39,587 nt of DNA from IMG/VR virus record IMGVR_UViG_3300033144_004259, positions 1 to 39,587 of that record. One strand, given 5' to 3'. A program made the position numbers and the translations under genes. Under the pieces are notes generated by a model that did not search any database, had not been told where the DNA came from, and saw nothing but the letters and a program-made list of their open reading frames with translations. Numbering within the stretch: position 1 is the stretch's first letter; each line of letters starts with the position of its first letter. This stretch comes from a virus. Taxonomy: Duplodnaviria; Caudoviricetes. Of this stretch, positions 17,331 through 25,945 are shown piece by piece.

Positions 17331-17890
17331 ATTCTCACCACCTCCATTTTTAATCCAATATATTCATACTTTTTTCTTTTTATTTCCAGGCTTTCATCCG
17401 ACTCACTATCTGCTATCTCAATAATTTTGAAATCATCTAAAATAATTATATCTGCCCTCAACCCTATTTTATCAATAATCGCTTCTGTCATAAATGATTT
17501 CCCTGAAATGCGCAAAAATCTACAAATTGCCATTTTCTTGCTTATGTGGTCGTCACCTTCATTTTCTCCAAATCTTAGCTTATTTATCCTTCGACTACTA
17601 AACCTTACAAGCTGTTTACAGGCATTTCTTTTTTCAATAAGGTTATCACTATGTTTTATCTTAATGTCTCCGCTTTTGATGACTTCTCGTAGCACAGAGA
17701 GAACATGAGAACACATAGTTCCATTTGCTTGGCCTTGAACGCTTGTATAATCGCAATCGCAGTTTATTTTGATAGATACAGTATGTTTTTCTCCGCTATT
17801 CCCACTTATTACTTCAAAAAAGTGAGATTTTCCGCTAAAAGTATGTTTAACTGAATGCTTGTCTGCCTGGGTTTTTATGTAGTTGCTCAC
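17327..17890 (-). CDS. SWIM Zn finger fused to a PD-(D/E)xK-like nuclease domain
   Basis: CDC...CSHVL, then H...FMTEA...RADIIILDDFKIIEI. Confidence 0.65.
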   Translation of the reverse strand: MSNYIKTQADKHSVKHTFSGKSHFFEVISGNSGEKHTVSIKINCDCDYTSVQGQANGTMCSHVLSVLREVIKSGDIKIKHSDNLIEKRNACKQLVRFSSRRINKLRFGENEGDDHISKKMAICRFLRISGKSFMTEAIIDKIGLRADIIILDDFKIIEIADSESDESLEIKRKKYEYIGLKMEVVRI

Positions 17891-18108
17891 TTTAGATCCT
17901 CTTCTGTTATTTTGAGAAATATTCTTATTGCTTTCTCAGCACCAACCACATCTTTTGGTGAAAATATATTTGAGTCAAAAGTTGTGACAATTTTCCTTAT
18001 ATGTTTAATCCATTTGATTGCTTCTTGTTGTATTTCTCGTTTGAATATCCCTGCCAGTGGGTCTCTTGAATCAATACACAAATCAATTATATTTCTTAGC
18101 TCTTTAGT
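17887..18108 (-). CDS. Hypothetical protein (start near 18111)
   Basis: GGAGG RBS; C-terminal FLKITEEDLK. Confidence 0.6.
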   Translation of the reverse strand, partial: TKELRNIIDLCIDSRDPLAGIFKREIQQEAIKWIKHIRKIVTTFDSNIFSPKDVVGAEKAIRIFLKITEEDLK

Positions 18109-18374
18109 CATTTTTCCTCCACAATCGGACATATTATTATCCCTAAATCTTCTTTGAACCCTATCTGGATCGGTCTATCTTTTTTTACAAACAGGTAGAT
18201 TATATCATCATAATTAAGAGGATTCATTTTTAGCCTTTCAATCGCAGAAGATAATTTATGGATATTGATTTTTACTTTTTGGTATTTTGATTTATCAGAG
18301 ATATTTCCTATTGCCATACTGTTATCATCTTTTTCTATCAATATACAATCTGCATATAGTTTATTCTTTCCCAT
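18108..18374 (-). CDS. Hypothetical protein resembling a single sliding-clamp (PCNA C-terminal) domain
   Basis: KINIHKLSSAI...DDIIYLFVKKDRPIQIGF...IIICPIVEE. Confidence 0.4.
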   Translation of the reverse strand: MGKNKLYADCILIEKDDNSMAIGNISDKSKYQKVKINIHKLSSAIERLKMNPLNYDDIIYLFVKKDRPIQIGFKEDLGIIICPIVEEK

Positions 18375-18522
18375 CTTTTACCTCATTTTGTTTTCATCAC
18401 AAACCCAATCTGTGCGATTAAGGTTTTTCCCCTGTTTTTGAATCCATACACTTCTCCAAATTTCTCAACAATTTCATTATGAGTCATTCCTGTTACATCT
18501 GTTTCCAAAGGGAATACGCTTA

Positions 18523-18849
18523 TCATTTTAGCAACTCCTTATCTTCATATATATTCCCAACTACTTCTTGGTCAAATATCCTTAAAAAATCATATTGGTT
18601 ATATGCAATAAATTTTCCATCTTCAAATATTACAGGCACATAACCCCCCTCACCTATAGGAATCTTTAATATGTCTCCCTCATAAATCTCTTTTCCGTTC
18701 TTGTCTTTGAGTCCAGTATATTGCATTATAGTATATTCTTGTCCATCCCTTAACAAATTTAAAATATCCATATCATCTTGGGCAATATTTAGTTTATATT
18801 CCATTTTTTTATGTATTTTATCCCAAGCTCTGAATTTTATCTCTCTCAT
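18523..18849 (-). CDS. YopX family protein
   Basis: MREIKFRAWDK, MQYTGLKDKNGKEIYEGDI, EVVGNIYE. Confidence 0.92.
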   Translation of the reverse strand: MREIKFRAWDKIHKKMEYKLNIAQDDMDILNLLRDGQEYTIMQYTGLKDKNGKEIYEGDILKIPIGEGGYVPVIFEDGKFIAYNQYDFLRIFDQEVVGNIYEDKELLK

Positions 18850-19184
18850 TCTTCCAACCCCAATTCTTCTATCCTTTCAAGTAATTCTTCACACAGCCTA
18901 TGAGTAATCACCAAACCTCTCTGATTAGCACTATGCGATATTAATTCACTTTTAAGGGGTAATAAGAGTTTTTTCACTCTCTGCCTATCAAGACAAAGTA
19001 TAGATATAACATCTTCAGGATATAATTTATCTCCAAGAATACTTAACATTGGCTCGTCGCTACCAATTGTCTTTAAAATATATTTTCCCTCTAAACTTGG
19101 AAAGTGTTTTTCAAAATCTTTAAGGGTGTCAGCGCTCCAATGAATATCTGATGCTTGATGTTCTATTTTTGTTTCTTCAGTCAT
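18846..19184 (-). CDS. Hypothetical protein
   Basis: 112 aa, GGAGGCAAAAATG start. Confidence 0.7.
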   Translation of the reverse strand: MTEETKIEHQASDIHWSADTLKDFEKHFPSLEGKYILKTIGSDEPMLSILGDKLYPEDVISILCLDRQRVKKLLLPLKSELISHSANQRGLVITHRLCEELLERIEELGLEE

Positions 19185-19306
19185 TTTTGCCTCCTGGAAT
19201 GATACAATGATTTAATCGTTTCTTGCTCTGACCAAATTAAAGATTCAAACAAGATTCCATAATGCAGTTTTGCAAGCCGATTCAGTTCTTTTGTTTTGGA
19301 TTCCAT

Positions 19307-19645
19307 TTACATCTCTGGAGTCTCAATCCACTCCATCTCTATTATTACTTCTGCATCATCAAAATTGGTGAAAGCATAATCATCTTCTGATATTTCAATT
19401 AACAACTTATTATCATAACTTTGGATTATTTTTCCATTCATTCTTTTTTCATTTTTTGCCTCCTGTTTTTCATTTAATATATTTAACATATCTTTTTTAC
19501 CTATTAATTTACCATATTCAAATGCCTTTCTTGTATTAATAAAGTCAAGTATATGACGTCCTGTTTCCCATTTAGTAAAATCTGCTATTTCTTCTTTAAA
19601 CTCCTTTATTTCTTTTTGAATAGATTCTAATATTGGGTCTTTCAT
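19307..19645 (-). CDS. Hypothetical protein (likely start ATG 19645)
   Basis: GGAGGCAAAAATG start; an internal RBS remnant near 19450-19463. Confidence 0.6.
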   Translation of the reverse strand: MKDPILESIQKEIKEFKEEIADFTKWETGRHILDFINTRKAFEYGKLIGKKDMLNILNEKQEAKNEKRMNGKIIQSYDNKLLIEISEDDYAFTNFDDAEVIIEMEWIETPEM

Positions 19646-19863
19646 TTTTGCCTCCATTTTGGATTCCATTTATACCTCTCTATTTTATTGACTTTAAATT
19701 TGATTATCTTCTTCTCATGCAAAAGGTAAGACAAAGCATCTATAATAAGCCAATAATTAGTGCCTATTATATCTCGTATCTCAGTTTTGGTATATTCTTT
19801 AATTGGATTACTTTTCAAAAGTTTCTCTATTTCCCTTAAATGTTTTATTCCGATTTTGTTCAC
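19642..19863 (-). CDS. Small winged-helix DNA-binding protein
   Basis: YTKTEIRDIIGTNYWLIIDALSYLLHEKKI followed by a wing. Confidence 0.6.
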   Translation of the reverse strand: MNKIGIKHLREIEKLLKSNPIKEYTKTEIRDIIGTNYWLIIDALSYLLHEKKIIKFKVNKIERYKWNPKWRQK

Positions 19864-20004
19864 CTTTTATATATCTAAATATTTCTTCAATGTATCCTCT
19901 AATATTTTGCGTGTGTGAGAATATTCACTCCCTAAAATACACAAACTATCGTTTATTAGCTTTTTATCTTCGTCTGTTACATTTTCCATTGGTTTACCCC
20001 GTTT

Positions 20005-20643
20005 TTAATTTACTTCTTCCTCTTCTGTTTTTGGAAGATAATCTTCACCTTTCTTTTTCTTTTTTTGGCAATCAAAGCAAAGGCTCATTTTATCATTCTG
20101 CATAGAGTAGTCATAAACCTTCTGAGTAACCTTTTTTCCACAGCCTACACATACTAAGTTAAAATCTCCAGACTCGTTCTTAGGAGTTTTCTGTGCTTCT
20201 GAGGGTGTTTTACAGGGTGTTTCAGGAACTCCACTTAGGGGTTTTGCTGTTTGCTTTGATTCTTCGGGTAAATCTTCTCCTGCAAACACAAAAAGCCCAT
20301 ATCCTGCAAAAGCCAATGCTTTAGTCAATGCTCTCATTATTGATTTATTTATATGGAAAGAGTTAATTGATTCTTTTCCTATCGGTTTGTTCGCGTAATC
20401 TAAAATCGGCAGCCAACAAACTTGTTCAGTTCCGCCAACTGTTACGCTTACTTTAACGAATCCGCCAGAATCATCTGCAAAATAAGGCATGCCCGATTCG
20501 TTTGTGTAAACTTTATATGTTGTGTCTGGATACTTTTTTTTTACTTCTGCCCACGCATTAGCCCAACTTATATAATTTAATCCATTCTTTTTCTCGACCT
20601 TTCCATCGAGTTTCATCAGTTCATTAAAGTGGTTTTCTGTCAT
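20005..20643 (-). CDS. Sak/Rad52-like single-strand annealing protein (DUF1071) with C-terminal Zn finger
   Basis: VEKKNGLNYISWANAW, WLPILDYANKPI, INKSIMRALTKALA, GYGLFVFAGEDLP; CVGC...CFDC. Confidence 0.88.
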   Translation of the reverse strand: MTENHFNELMKLDGKVEKKNGLNYISWANAWAEVKKKYPDTTYKVYTNESGMPYFADDSGGFVKVSVTVGGTEQVCWLPILDYANKPIGKESINSFHINKSIMRALTKALAFAGYGLFVFAGEDLPEESKQTAKPLSGVPETPCKTPSEAQKTPKNESGDFNLVCVGCGKKVTQKVYDYSMQNDKMSLCFDCQKKKKKGEDYLPKTEEEEVN

Positions 20644-20690
20644 TTTTGCCTCCATTAATTACTTATCTGTAATCTGCTAAACATAGCAAG

Positions 20691-20706
20691 TATATAATAC
20701 TTTCGC
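20691..20706 (-). promoter_or_regulatory. Archaeal-type BRE+TATA promoter (GCGAAAGTATTATATA)
   Basis: Intergenic, upstream of the Sak-like gene. Confidence 0.6.
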
Positions 20707-20710
20707 TTAA

Positions 20711-21394
20711 TTAATCAAATTTCTTTATTTCTGGATCAATCCCAAAATTTACTAATTGATTATGTTTTCTACATCTTGCTCTAAATGATTTTATCTGTAT
20801 ATCATTCCAAAATACAGGTTCTATGTGTTTCACTTGATTATCAAAATAACAATCAGCTACTTTAACATTCCAGACTTTACACAAGTCGAGTTTCTTGCAA
20901 CATTCCTCATAATGAATCTTCCAGTTGCAAATCATAAATATCATAATATCTCTGGGCTTATATCCTGCATTATAAAGCAGATTAAGACAATCTTTTAATT
21001 TATATTGGTCTAACATGAACCAGTCCCAAGCTATCCGAATATTTTTAAATCTGGCTTCTTTGATAGCCATTGCCAGCTCCTGAGTCATAAATCTAAAATC
21101 AAATCCACAGATAGCTTCATAATAAACAACTTTGTTATTCACTCGTTTGTTTCTTAATCCCTTTAGAATCCGCAATGCTTCAGGCTTTGCCAATAGATTC
21201 ATGTCCATTATCTTAACCTGATTTCTTACTATTTCAGGAATGCCAAAAATCTTATATTCTTGTGGCTCATAACAATAAGGGCAATTATGAGGACAACCCT
21301 CAGTAAGTCTAATCCATTGCTCAGAATCATCAAATTTATTATAAGATCCTAAACTATATTTTACTTCTTGCGTTGTTGTTAGTCTTGATTGCAT
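20711..21394 (-). CDS. Radical SAM protein
   Basis: LTEGCPHNCPYC (CxxxCxxC), MDMN, GFDFR, IRIAWD. Confidence 0.85.
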   Translation of the reverse strand: MQSRLTTTQEVKYSLGSYNKFDDSEQWIRLTEGCPHNCPYCYEPQEYKIFGIPEIVRNQVKIMDMNLLAKPEALRILKGLRNKRVNNKVVYYEAICGFDFRFMTQELAMAIKEARFKNIRIAWDWFMLDQYKLKDCLNLLYNAGYKPRDIMIFMICNWKIHYEECCKKLDLCKVWNVKVADCYFDNQVKHIEPVFWNDIQIKSFRARCRKHNQLVNFGIDPEIKKFD

Positions 21395-21397
21395 TTT

Positions 21398-21808
21398 TTA
21401 ATCTATCTTTATCTCTCTTGGAATCGTTGCGATAGCTTCGTTTCTATACTCTACAAAATCAAGTTTTTGAACCTTTGCGATCTTCTCAAAAGATTTGTTG
21501 TCAAGTTTGATTGCAAGTCCATGCTCTTTTGCCCAGACAAAAGCTATATCTGAATCATAGCCTAACTTCTGCATAACTCGGATTCCAACTCCGAAATCTA
21601 ACTTCTTTTCTCCTGTTTCTTTATACTTTTCTAATGCAGCAGTTCTTATTCCGATTTCCACCCTATCAATGTTTTCTTTATGACATTGTATCCTTTCAAT
21701 CAAAGATATATATTTTTGTTTAAATTCTTCTAATCTTTCGTTATATTCATCTTCCAGCTTATTTTTGCCTTCCCTTAGTTCTTTTAGATCTATTAATTTT
21801 TGTTTCAT
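21398..21808 (-). CDS. Coiled-coil protein, possibly Gam/gp157-like
   Basis: N-terminal coiled coil, then GVGIR...AFVWAKEH...LDNKSFEKIAK; near the recombinase. Confidence 0.45.
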   Translation of the reverse strand: MKQKLIDLKELREGKNKLEDEYNERLEEFKQKYISLIERIQCHKENIDRVEIGIRTAALEKYKETGEKKLDFGVGIRVMQKLGYDSDIAFVWAKEHGLAIKLDNKSFEKIAKVQKLDFVEYRNEAIATIPREIKID

Positions 21809-21903
21809 TTTTCATTCCTCATTTAGCTTTTTCATAACTTCAAACAATACTTTATTAATTCCTTCTGGAGTATATGCTCCAGTTTGTGGATGTGTTTTAT
21901 TTA

Positions 21904-22185
21904 TCATCCTTCAGCCTCCTGCTTATCTTCCGCCAACTTTACAGATACAAATTCCCTTCTGTTTTCAAATAATTCTCTTACATGATTAAACCAATCTATA
22001 TATAATTTATATGTTTCTTCTAATGTTCCCTTTCCAATTTTATGGGCTTCAAAAATATCTCCCTCAACTATTTCTCCAGTTACCATATCTTTAAATGTTC
22101 CATTTATCTTAATTGTATTTATATGATATAGTTTCCCTTGTGTTTCAGCATATTTCTTAAAAGGCATTAATTCTTTTTTATCCAT
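21904..22185 (-). CDS. Hypothetical protein
   Basis: 93 aa, GCAGGAGGC RBS. Confidence 0.65.
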   Translation of the reverse strand: MDKKELMPFKKYAETQGKLYHINTIKINGTFKDMVTGEIVEGDIFEAHKIGKGTLEETYKLYIDWFNHVRELFENRREFVSVKLAEDKQEAEG

Positions 22186-22384
22186 TTTCCGCCTCCTGCT
22201 TATTGGTTGCAGTTAATCTATTAATTTCTTCTTTTAATTGTTTAATCTTTTTACCTCTATTTTGATAATGAATTTTTAAAGATTCATAATAAGATGAAGC
22301 ATTTTCTAAATCACCAGCATCAAGACAATCATAAAAACCATAATCACATTCTGCAACAGATATAAATCTTATTTTTTCACTCAT
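22178..22384 (-). CDS. Hypothetical protein (likely start ATG 22384)
   Basis: GGAGGTTGA RBS upstream of MSEKIRF. Confidence 0.6.
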   Translation of the reverse strand: MSEKIRFISVAECDYGFYDCLDAGDLENASSYYESLKIHYQNRGKKIKQLKEEINRLTATNKQEAENG

Positions 22385-22522
22385 TCTTTTCAACCTCCTG
22401 CTTTTCAAATAATTTTACCCTACCCCTCCAAGCTTTGAACATATATCTTTTTATATCACTATCAACCCAATTAAAATTTTCGTTTAACCATTTATGAAAT
22501 TCCTTAGTTTCATATCCTATCT

Positions 22523-22780
22523 TCACTTTTCTACCTCTACCGATTTAACAGTTGTATTAATCTTAAATATTACTTTTAAACAGTTATCACATTTAGGACA
22601 ACCCACATGTGCATCCAAGCCTTTGCTATGCATCTCTGGAAATGCAGGATTTTCAGAAAAATATTCTTCAATATCTTGGTCTTCTAAATCTTCCTTTGCA
22701 TCAAATACATCCCCACAATCAGGACATTTAATCTTCGTTGGAACTTTAAATATTTTTACTAAATCTATATTCACCCCCAT
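22523..22780 (-). CDS. Zn-ribbon (CPxCG) protein
   Basis: KCPDCG...CPKC. Confidence 0.7.
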   Translation of the reverse strand: MGVNIDLVKIFKVPTKIKCPDCGDVFDAKEDLEDQDIEEYFSENPAFPEMHSKGLDAHVGCPKCDNCLKVIFKINTTVKSVEVEK

Positions 22781-22906
22781 TTTTACCCCCTTATTTTAGC
22801 AAAATTACTACATACAAACTTATCAGGCATATTCCCATCTTTGTATAATTCTTCTACACAAGATTCAATATGTTTACACCCATTACAACATCTCTTTTCC
22901 ATTCTT

Positions 22907-23140
22907 TTACGCCTCCTGCTTTTTTAATAACTTATATAGTTCATGTAATGTATCTGTATTTGTAGGTGCTTCATCAATATAATTAATTATATCATCAACA
23001 GCAACCCACTTTTTAAGATATGTTTCATCAAATTCACCATTATATAATTCTACACGTTCTTTCTGATTCATTATATTTTCTACAATCTCTTGATTCTCAG
23101 TGATTATTTGTTCAGTTGTTTTTATTTTTATTTCCATCAT
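22907..23140 (-). CDS. Hypothetical protein
   Basis: 77 aa; KKWVAVDD motif. Confidence 0.65.
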   Translation of the reverse strand: MMEIKIKTTEQIITENQEIVENIMNQKERVELYNGEFDETYLKKWVAVDDIINYIDEAPTNTDTLHELYKLLKKQEA

Positions 23141-23282
23141 TCATCCCTCACTAATATTTATCTGGCGTTGAGTAGTTCCATAAATCTCTTTAAAAGTTCT
23201 GTCTGGATTGTCAGAGTCAGCTGTATATGCCCCACAAATACAACCCAGTTCTTTCCATTCTCTGTTGCAAAAAGGACATAGT

Positions 23283-23483
23283 TCAGTCATCTTCTATCCC
23301 TAATTTTTCTTTCATATGGTCTTTCCATTCGACGTCATTATTAAATCCATTATCAATCGCTTCTTTCACTTTCTTCTTATAATCCCTAATCTGATTCTCT
23401 GTATAAGACATGATAATATTCTTTGTCTTTTCATTGTCAATACTTTCGACTGCTTCCAAAAACTCTTCTGTTTCATCTGTCAT
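23283..23483 (-). CDS. Hypothetical protein (likely start ATG 23483)
   Basis: AGGTGA RBS upstream of MTDETEEF. Confidence 0.6.
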   Translation of the reverse strand: MTDETEEFLEAVESIDNEKTKNIIMSYTENQIRDYKKKVKEAIDNGFNNDVEWKDHMKEKLGIEDD

Positions 23484-23668
23484 TTTTTCACCTTTAACAT
23501 ATATGTTTCTCCAAAGCAATAATCACATATTATCTGGTCTTTTATCTCTGCGTAGTCTTCTATAGGGAAGTCAGGGGTAATAGTGACTATAGATGATATC
23601 TCTGAATAAAGGCAGAGATAATTTATATATCTCATTTCAATCATTTCTTCTTTTGTCATTGGTTTCAT
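23480..23668 (-). CDS. Hypothetical protein
   Basis: 62 aa; ATGA-coupled. Confidence 0.55.
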   Translation of the reverse strand: MKPMTKEEMIEMRYINYLCLYSEISSIVTITPDFPIEDYAEIKDQIICDYCFGETYMLKVKK

Positions 23669-23799
23669 CTTCCTGCCCCTTGCATATTTCTTATGCTATC
23701 TTTTCTTACTTTCTGAAAAAAACAAAAAGTATCTATTGTATCAATCCTGTTTCTGTAATCGTCCCATTCCATATAATTTCTTTTTTTGAATCCGAACAT
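23665..23799 (-). CDS. Small hypothetical protein (44 aa, not in ORF track), first gene after an early promoter
   Basis: AAGGAGG RBS; MFGFKKRNYMEWDDYRNRIDT. Confidence 0.55.
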   Translation of the reverse strand: MFGFKKRNYMEWDDYRNRIDTIDTFCFFQKVRKDSIRNMQGAGR

Positions 23800-23852
23800 T
23801 TTTGTTTGCCTCCTTGTTAATTACATATATGTAATCTAATAAATCGCTTTAC

Positions 23853-23867
23853 TATATAAATGTTTGG
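23853..23867 (-). promoter_or_regulatory. Archaeal-type BRE+TATA promoter (CCAAACATTTATATA)
   Basis: Intergenic, at the head of the early small-gene operon. Confidence 0.6.
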
Positions 23868-23906
23868 TTAAATAAGTAAACAGCAGTTAAATAGTTTAAG
23901 CATTGA

Positions 23907-24353
23907 TTAAAGAGTATCGCTCCCTCTCTGTCTTCTGTATAACTCCATCTGAATACAAGTTATCTGCTCTTGTTTGTCTCTTATCAAGTCTATCAGGCTA
24001 CAGGTAGGTCTTTTCATTATCGCTTGATTATATGCTTCAATCCTTTCGCAATCTTCTTTAAGAGAGAATGTGGCTTTACTGATTGTTTTATCTATATTCA
24101 ATGTTGAGTTTTTCTCAAAAGGTTTTACCAATTCAGGATCTAAAAGTTTATTGAGCTTGTCTTGGTCTATCTTAAATCTGCCACAATGAGTATGATTTAA
24201 AATCTTAAACATATTAATAAATCTTCGAAGACATAACTTTGCATATTTCTTATCACGATATACCAACAGAAATGTATTTATGTCTGCTGATGTTTTAGTT
24301 TTTAAAATTTTCATAATTTCTTTTTCTTTTATTGTTAATTGCATATTTTTCAC
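23907..24353 (-). CDS. Winged-helix-like protein next to the large non-coding region (regulator or replication initiator candidate)
   Basis: N-terminus LTIKEKEIMKILK...GRFKID; 148 aa. Confidence 0.5.
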   Translation of the reverse strand: MKNMQLTIKEKEIMKILKTKTSADINTFLLVYRDKKYAKLCLRRFINMFKILNHTHCGRFKIDQDKLNKLLDPELVKPFEKNSTLNIDKTISKATFSLKEDCERIEAYNQAIMKRPTCSLIDLIRDKQEQITCIQMELYRRQRGSDTL

Positions 24354-24819
24354 CTTTTTTATTTTTTCTCTCTCCCTTCAAACAATTAAGATAACACGAC
24401 CAAAACCAGTCTGTTTAAATTTAGTTTTTGTTTAGGGGTCAATCTAATTCCTATTCCCACGAGGAATATCTTAAGACGCCCATACATATTCTATCGAGGG
24501 AGAGAGAGTGTTTCACACTCTCAAAGGGTTTAACCCAAGCTATTATGGATCATCTCATTGTTTATTATTTTTCGCAGCAAACAACGAAACTGCGGAAAGA
24601 TAGTTGGTTTTTGTTTCTACTATTGAATAAATAATTAATTCTATCCTGCGCCTGTTTCTTATTTCAAGTCGGCTAAATTTGATTGCCACCTGCCGATGGA
24701 TTTAGATTTCCTTTGGAAATACATATCTCTGGGACTGCAAAACCACAAGAGTCTCACAGCATTGGTTGTCTAAGTCAAGGTTATCACTACAAGATTAATA
24801 TGAATATAACTAATATAAT

Positions 24820-24834
24820 CGAAAAGTTTATATA
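24820..24834 (+). promoter_or_regulatory. Plus-strand archaeal-type BRE+TATA (CGAAAAGTTTATATA)
   Basis: Close match to the cRnaAnt-TTTATATA consensus; no plus-strand gene follows. Confidence 0.55.
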
Positions 24835-24945
24835 CTTCAGAACAAGATACTCTATAATCCTCATTATATTGTATCTTATTCTTTTTTTTATTTTAATATT
24901 CTATTTTTCTAAACCCTTGATTATATAAATATTTCTATACTGAAG

Positions 24946-25041
24946 AATTCTTTTCAATACTGTAAATAAATAAAATTAATTCTTTTCAATATGGTAAATA
25001 AATAAAAAAGAAATTAGTCCTAATTTAATTCTTTTCAATAT
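24946..25041. repeat. Three AT-rich direct repeats (iteron-like), candidate replication origin
   Basis: aattcttttcaata at 24946, 24978 and 25027. The first two copies extend to 30 bp (..gtaaataaataaaa). Confidence 0.6.
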
Positions 25042-25149
25042 AGAAACTAATTAATTACCAGATTGGTAGAAATAGTTAGATATTGGTAATTGATTCAAAC
25101 ATCTATACATCCGATTTAAGCAACTATCTTTTAGAAGTAGTAAGATACT

Positions 25150-25164
25150 AAAAAAAGAAAAAAA
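25150..25164 (-). terminator. Oligo-T terminator ending the late transcript
   Basis: TTTTTTTCTTTTTTT on the minus strand after the last late gene. Confidence 0.5.
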
Positions 25165-25196
25165 TAGCAGAGTTACCGCTTTGTTACGTTCTTGTT

Positions 25197-25466
25197 CTAT
25201 TTAAGAGCCTTGAACAGTTTGTCTGCAATGATTGCTCCTAATGCAGCAGAAACAGCAGGAACGTCTATACCTGCGCAGTTCAATCCTACATAAGCAGAAA
25301 CACTTATCAATCCAACTCTTACAACTGTGGAAGCAAGCTGTTTTAATTCGAATCTGCTGATTTTTCCATCTTCAAGTGCTTTAGTCGCCCACCCACAAAT
25401 ACTGCGCCCAACAGGGATTAAAATAAGAGTCAATGCAGGTTTTAATGCAATTAGATTTATTTCCAT
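25197..25466 (-). CDS. Small membrane protein, holin-like
   Basis: 89 aa with 2-3 hydrophobic segments and a basic C-terminus; last gene of the late region. Confidence 0.6.
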   Translation of the reverse strand: MEINLIALKPALTLILIPVGRSICGWATKALEDGKISRFELKQLASTVVRVGLISVSAYVGLNCAGIDVPAVSAALGAIIADKLFKALK

Positions 25467-25475
25467 AGTTTTACC

Positions 25476-25907
25476 TCACTTAAACTTTTTTCCTTCGTAT
25501 TTTTTCTTGATTTTGTCTATGTCTATCCCTTCAGCAACCTTTTTGTCAAATTCACCATCACTTACTCTCTGTTTGATGTTTCTGATAAATTTCTGTTCTC
25601 CATCTATTTCTATTTCCCATCCCTGATTAAGAGCATAAACAAATCGTTGTTTGCTTCTATCGTCAAGAAATTCAATATCTATTTCTATTCTGTCAGTTAT
25701 GTCTATTCTGATTATTTCAAACTGTCTCATGCTCTCTTTTATTTTAGATGTATTATTAGTTTGAATTACTGATCCTTGTTCCTCAACCCATACTTCATAT
25801 TGGATTTGTTCAATGGGTTCTTCTATCTCAATTTCTTTGTTTATGCACCCTGAAAATATTAAAATAAAAACGAATACAATCCCTAAATATTTTATTTTTT
25901 GTTTCAT
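25476..25907 (-). CDS. Lipoprotein-like exported protein
   Basis: MKQKIKYLGIVFVFILIFSGC (lipobox-type Cys). ATTTAAATA about 25 nt upstream. Confidence 0.7.
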   Translation of the reverse strand: MKQKIKYLGIVFVFILIFSGCINKEIEIEEPIEQIQYEVWVEEQGSVIQTNNTSKIKESMRQFEIIRIDITDRIEIDIEFLDDRSKQRFVYALNQGWEIEIDGEQKFIRNIKQRVSDGEFDKKVAEGIDIDKIKKKYEGKKFK

Positions 25908-25945
25908 AATGTCTGAAGTGAGGCATAGATATTTAAATATTACGA

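Noticed and set aside
3748-24789. ggttatcacta shared by two intergenic regions (3748 and 24779)
   Set aside because: It is only 11 bp and also occurs inside a CDS (17641), so it cannot be distinguished from chance.
24946-25041. Repeats containing ATTGAAAAG (minus strand) that resemble CRISPR repeat ends
   Set aside because: The gaps between copies are only about 2 and 19 nt, there are no spacer-sized unique sequences, and no cas genes are present.
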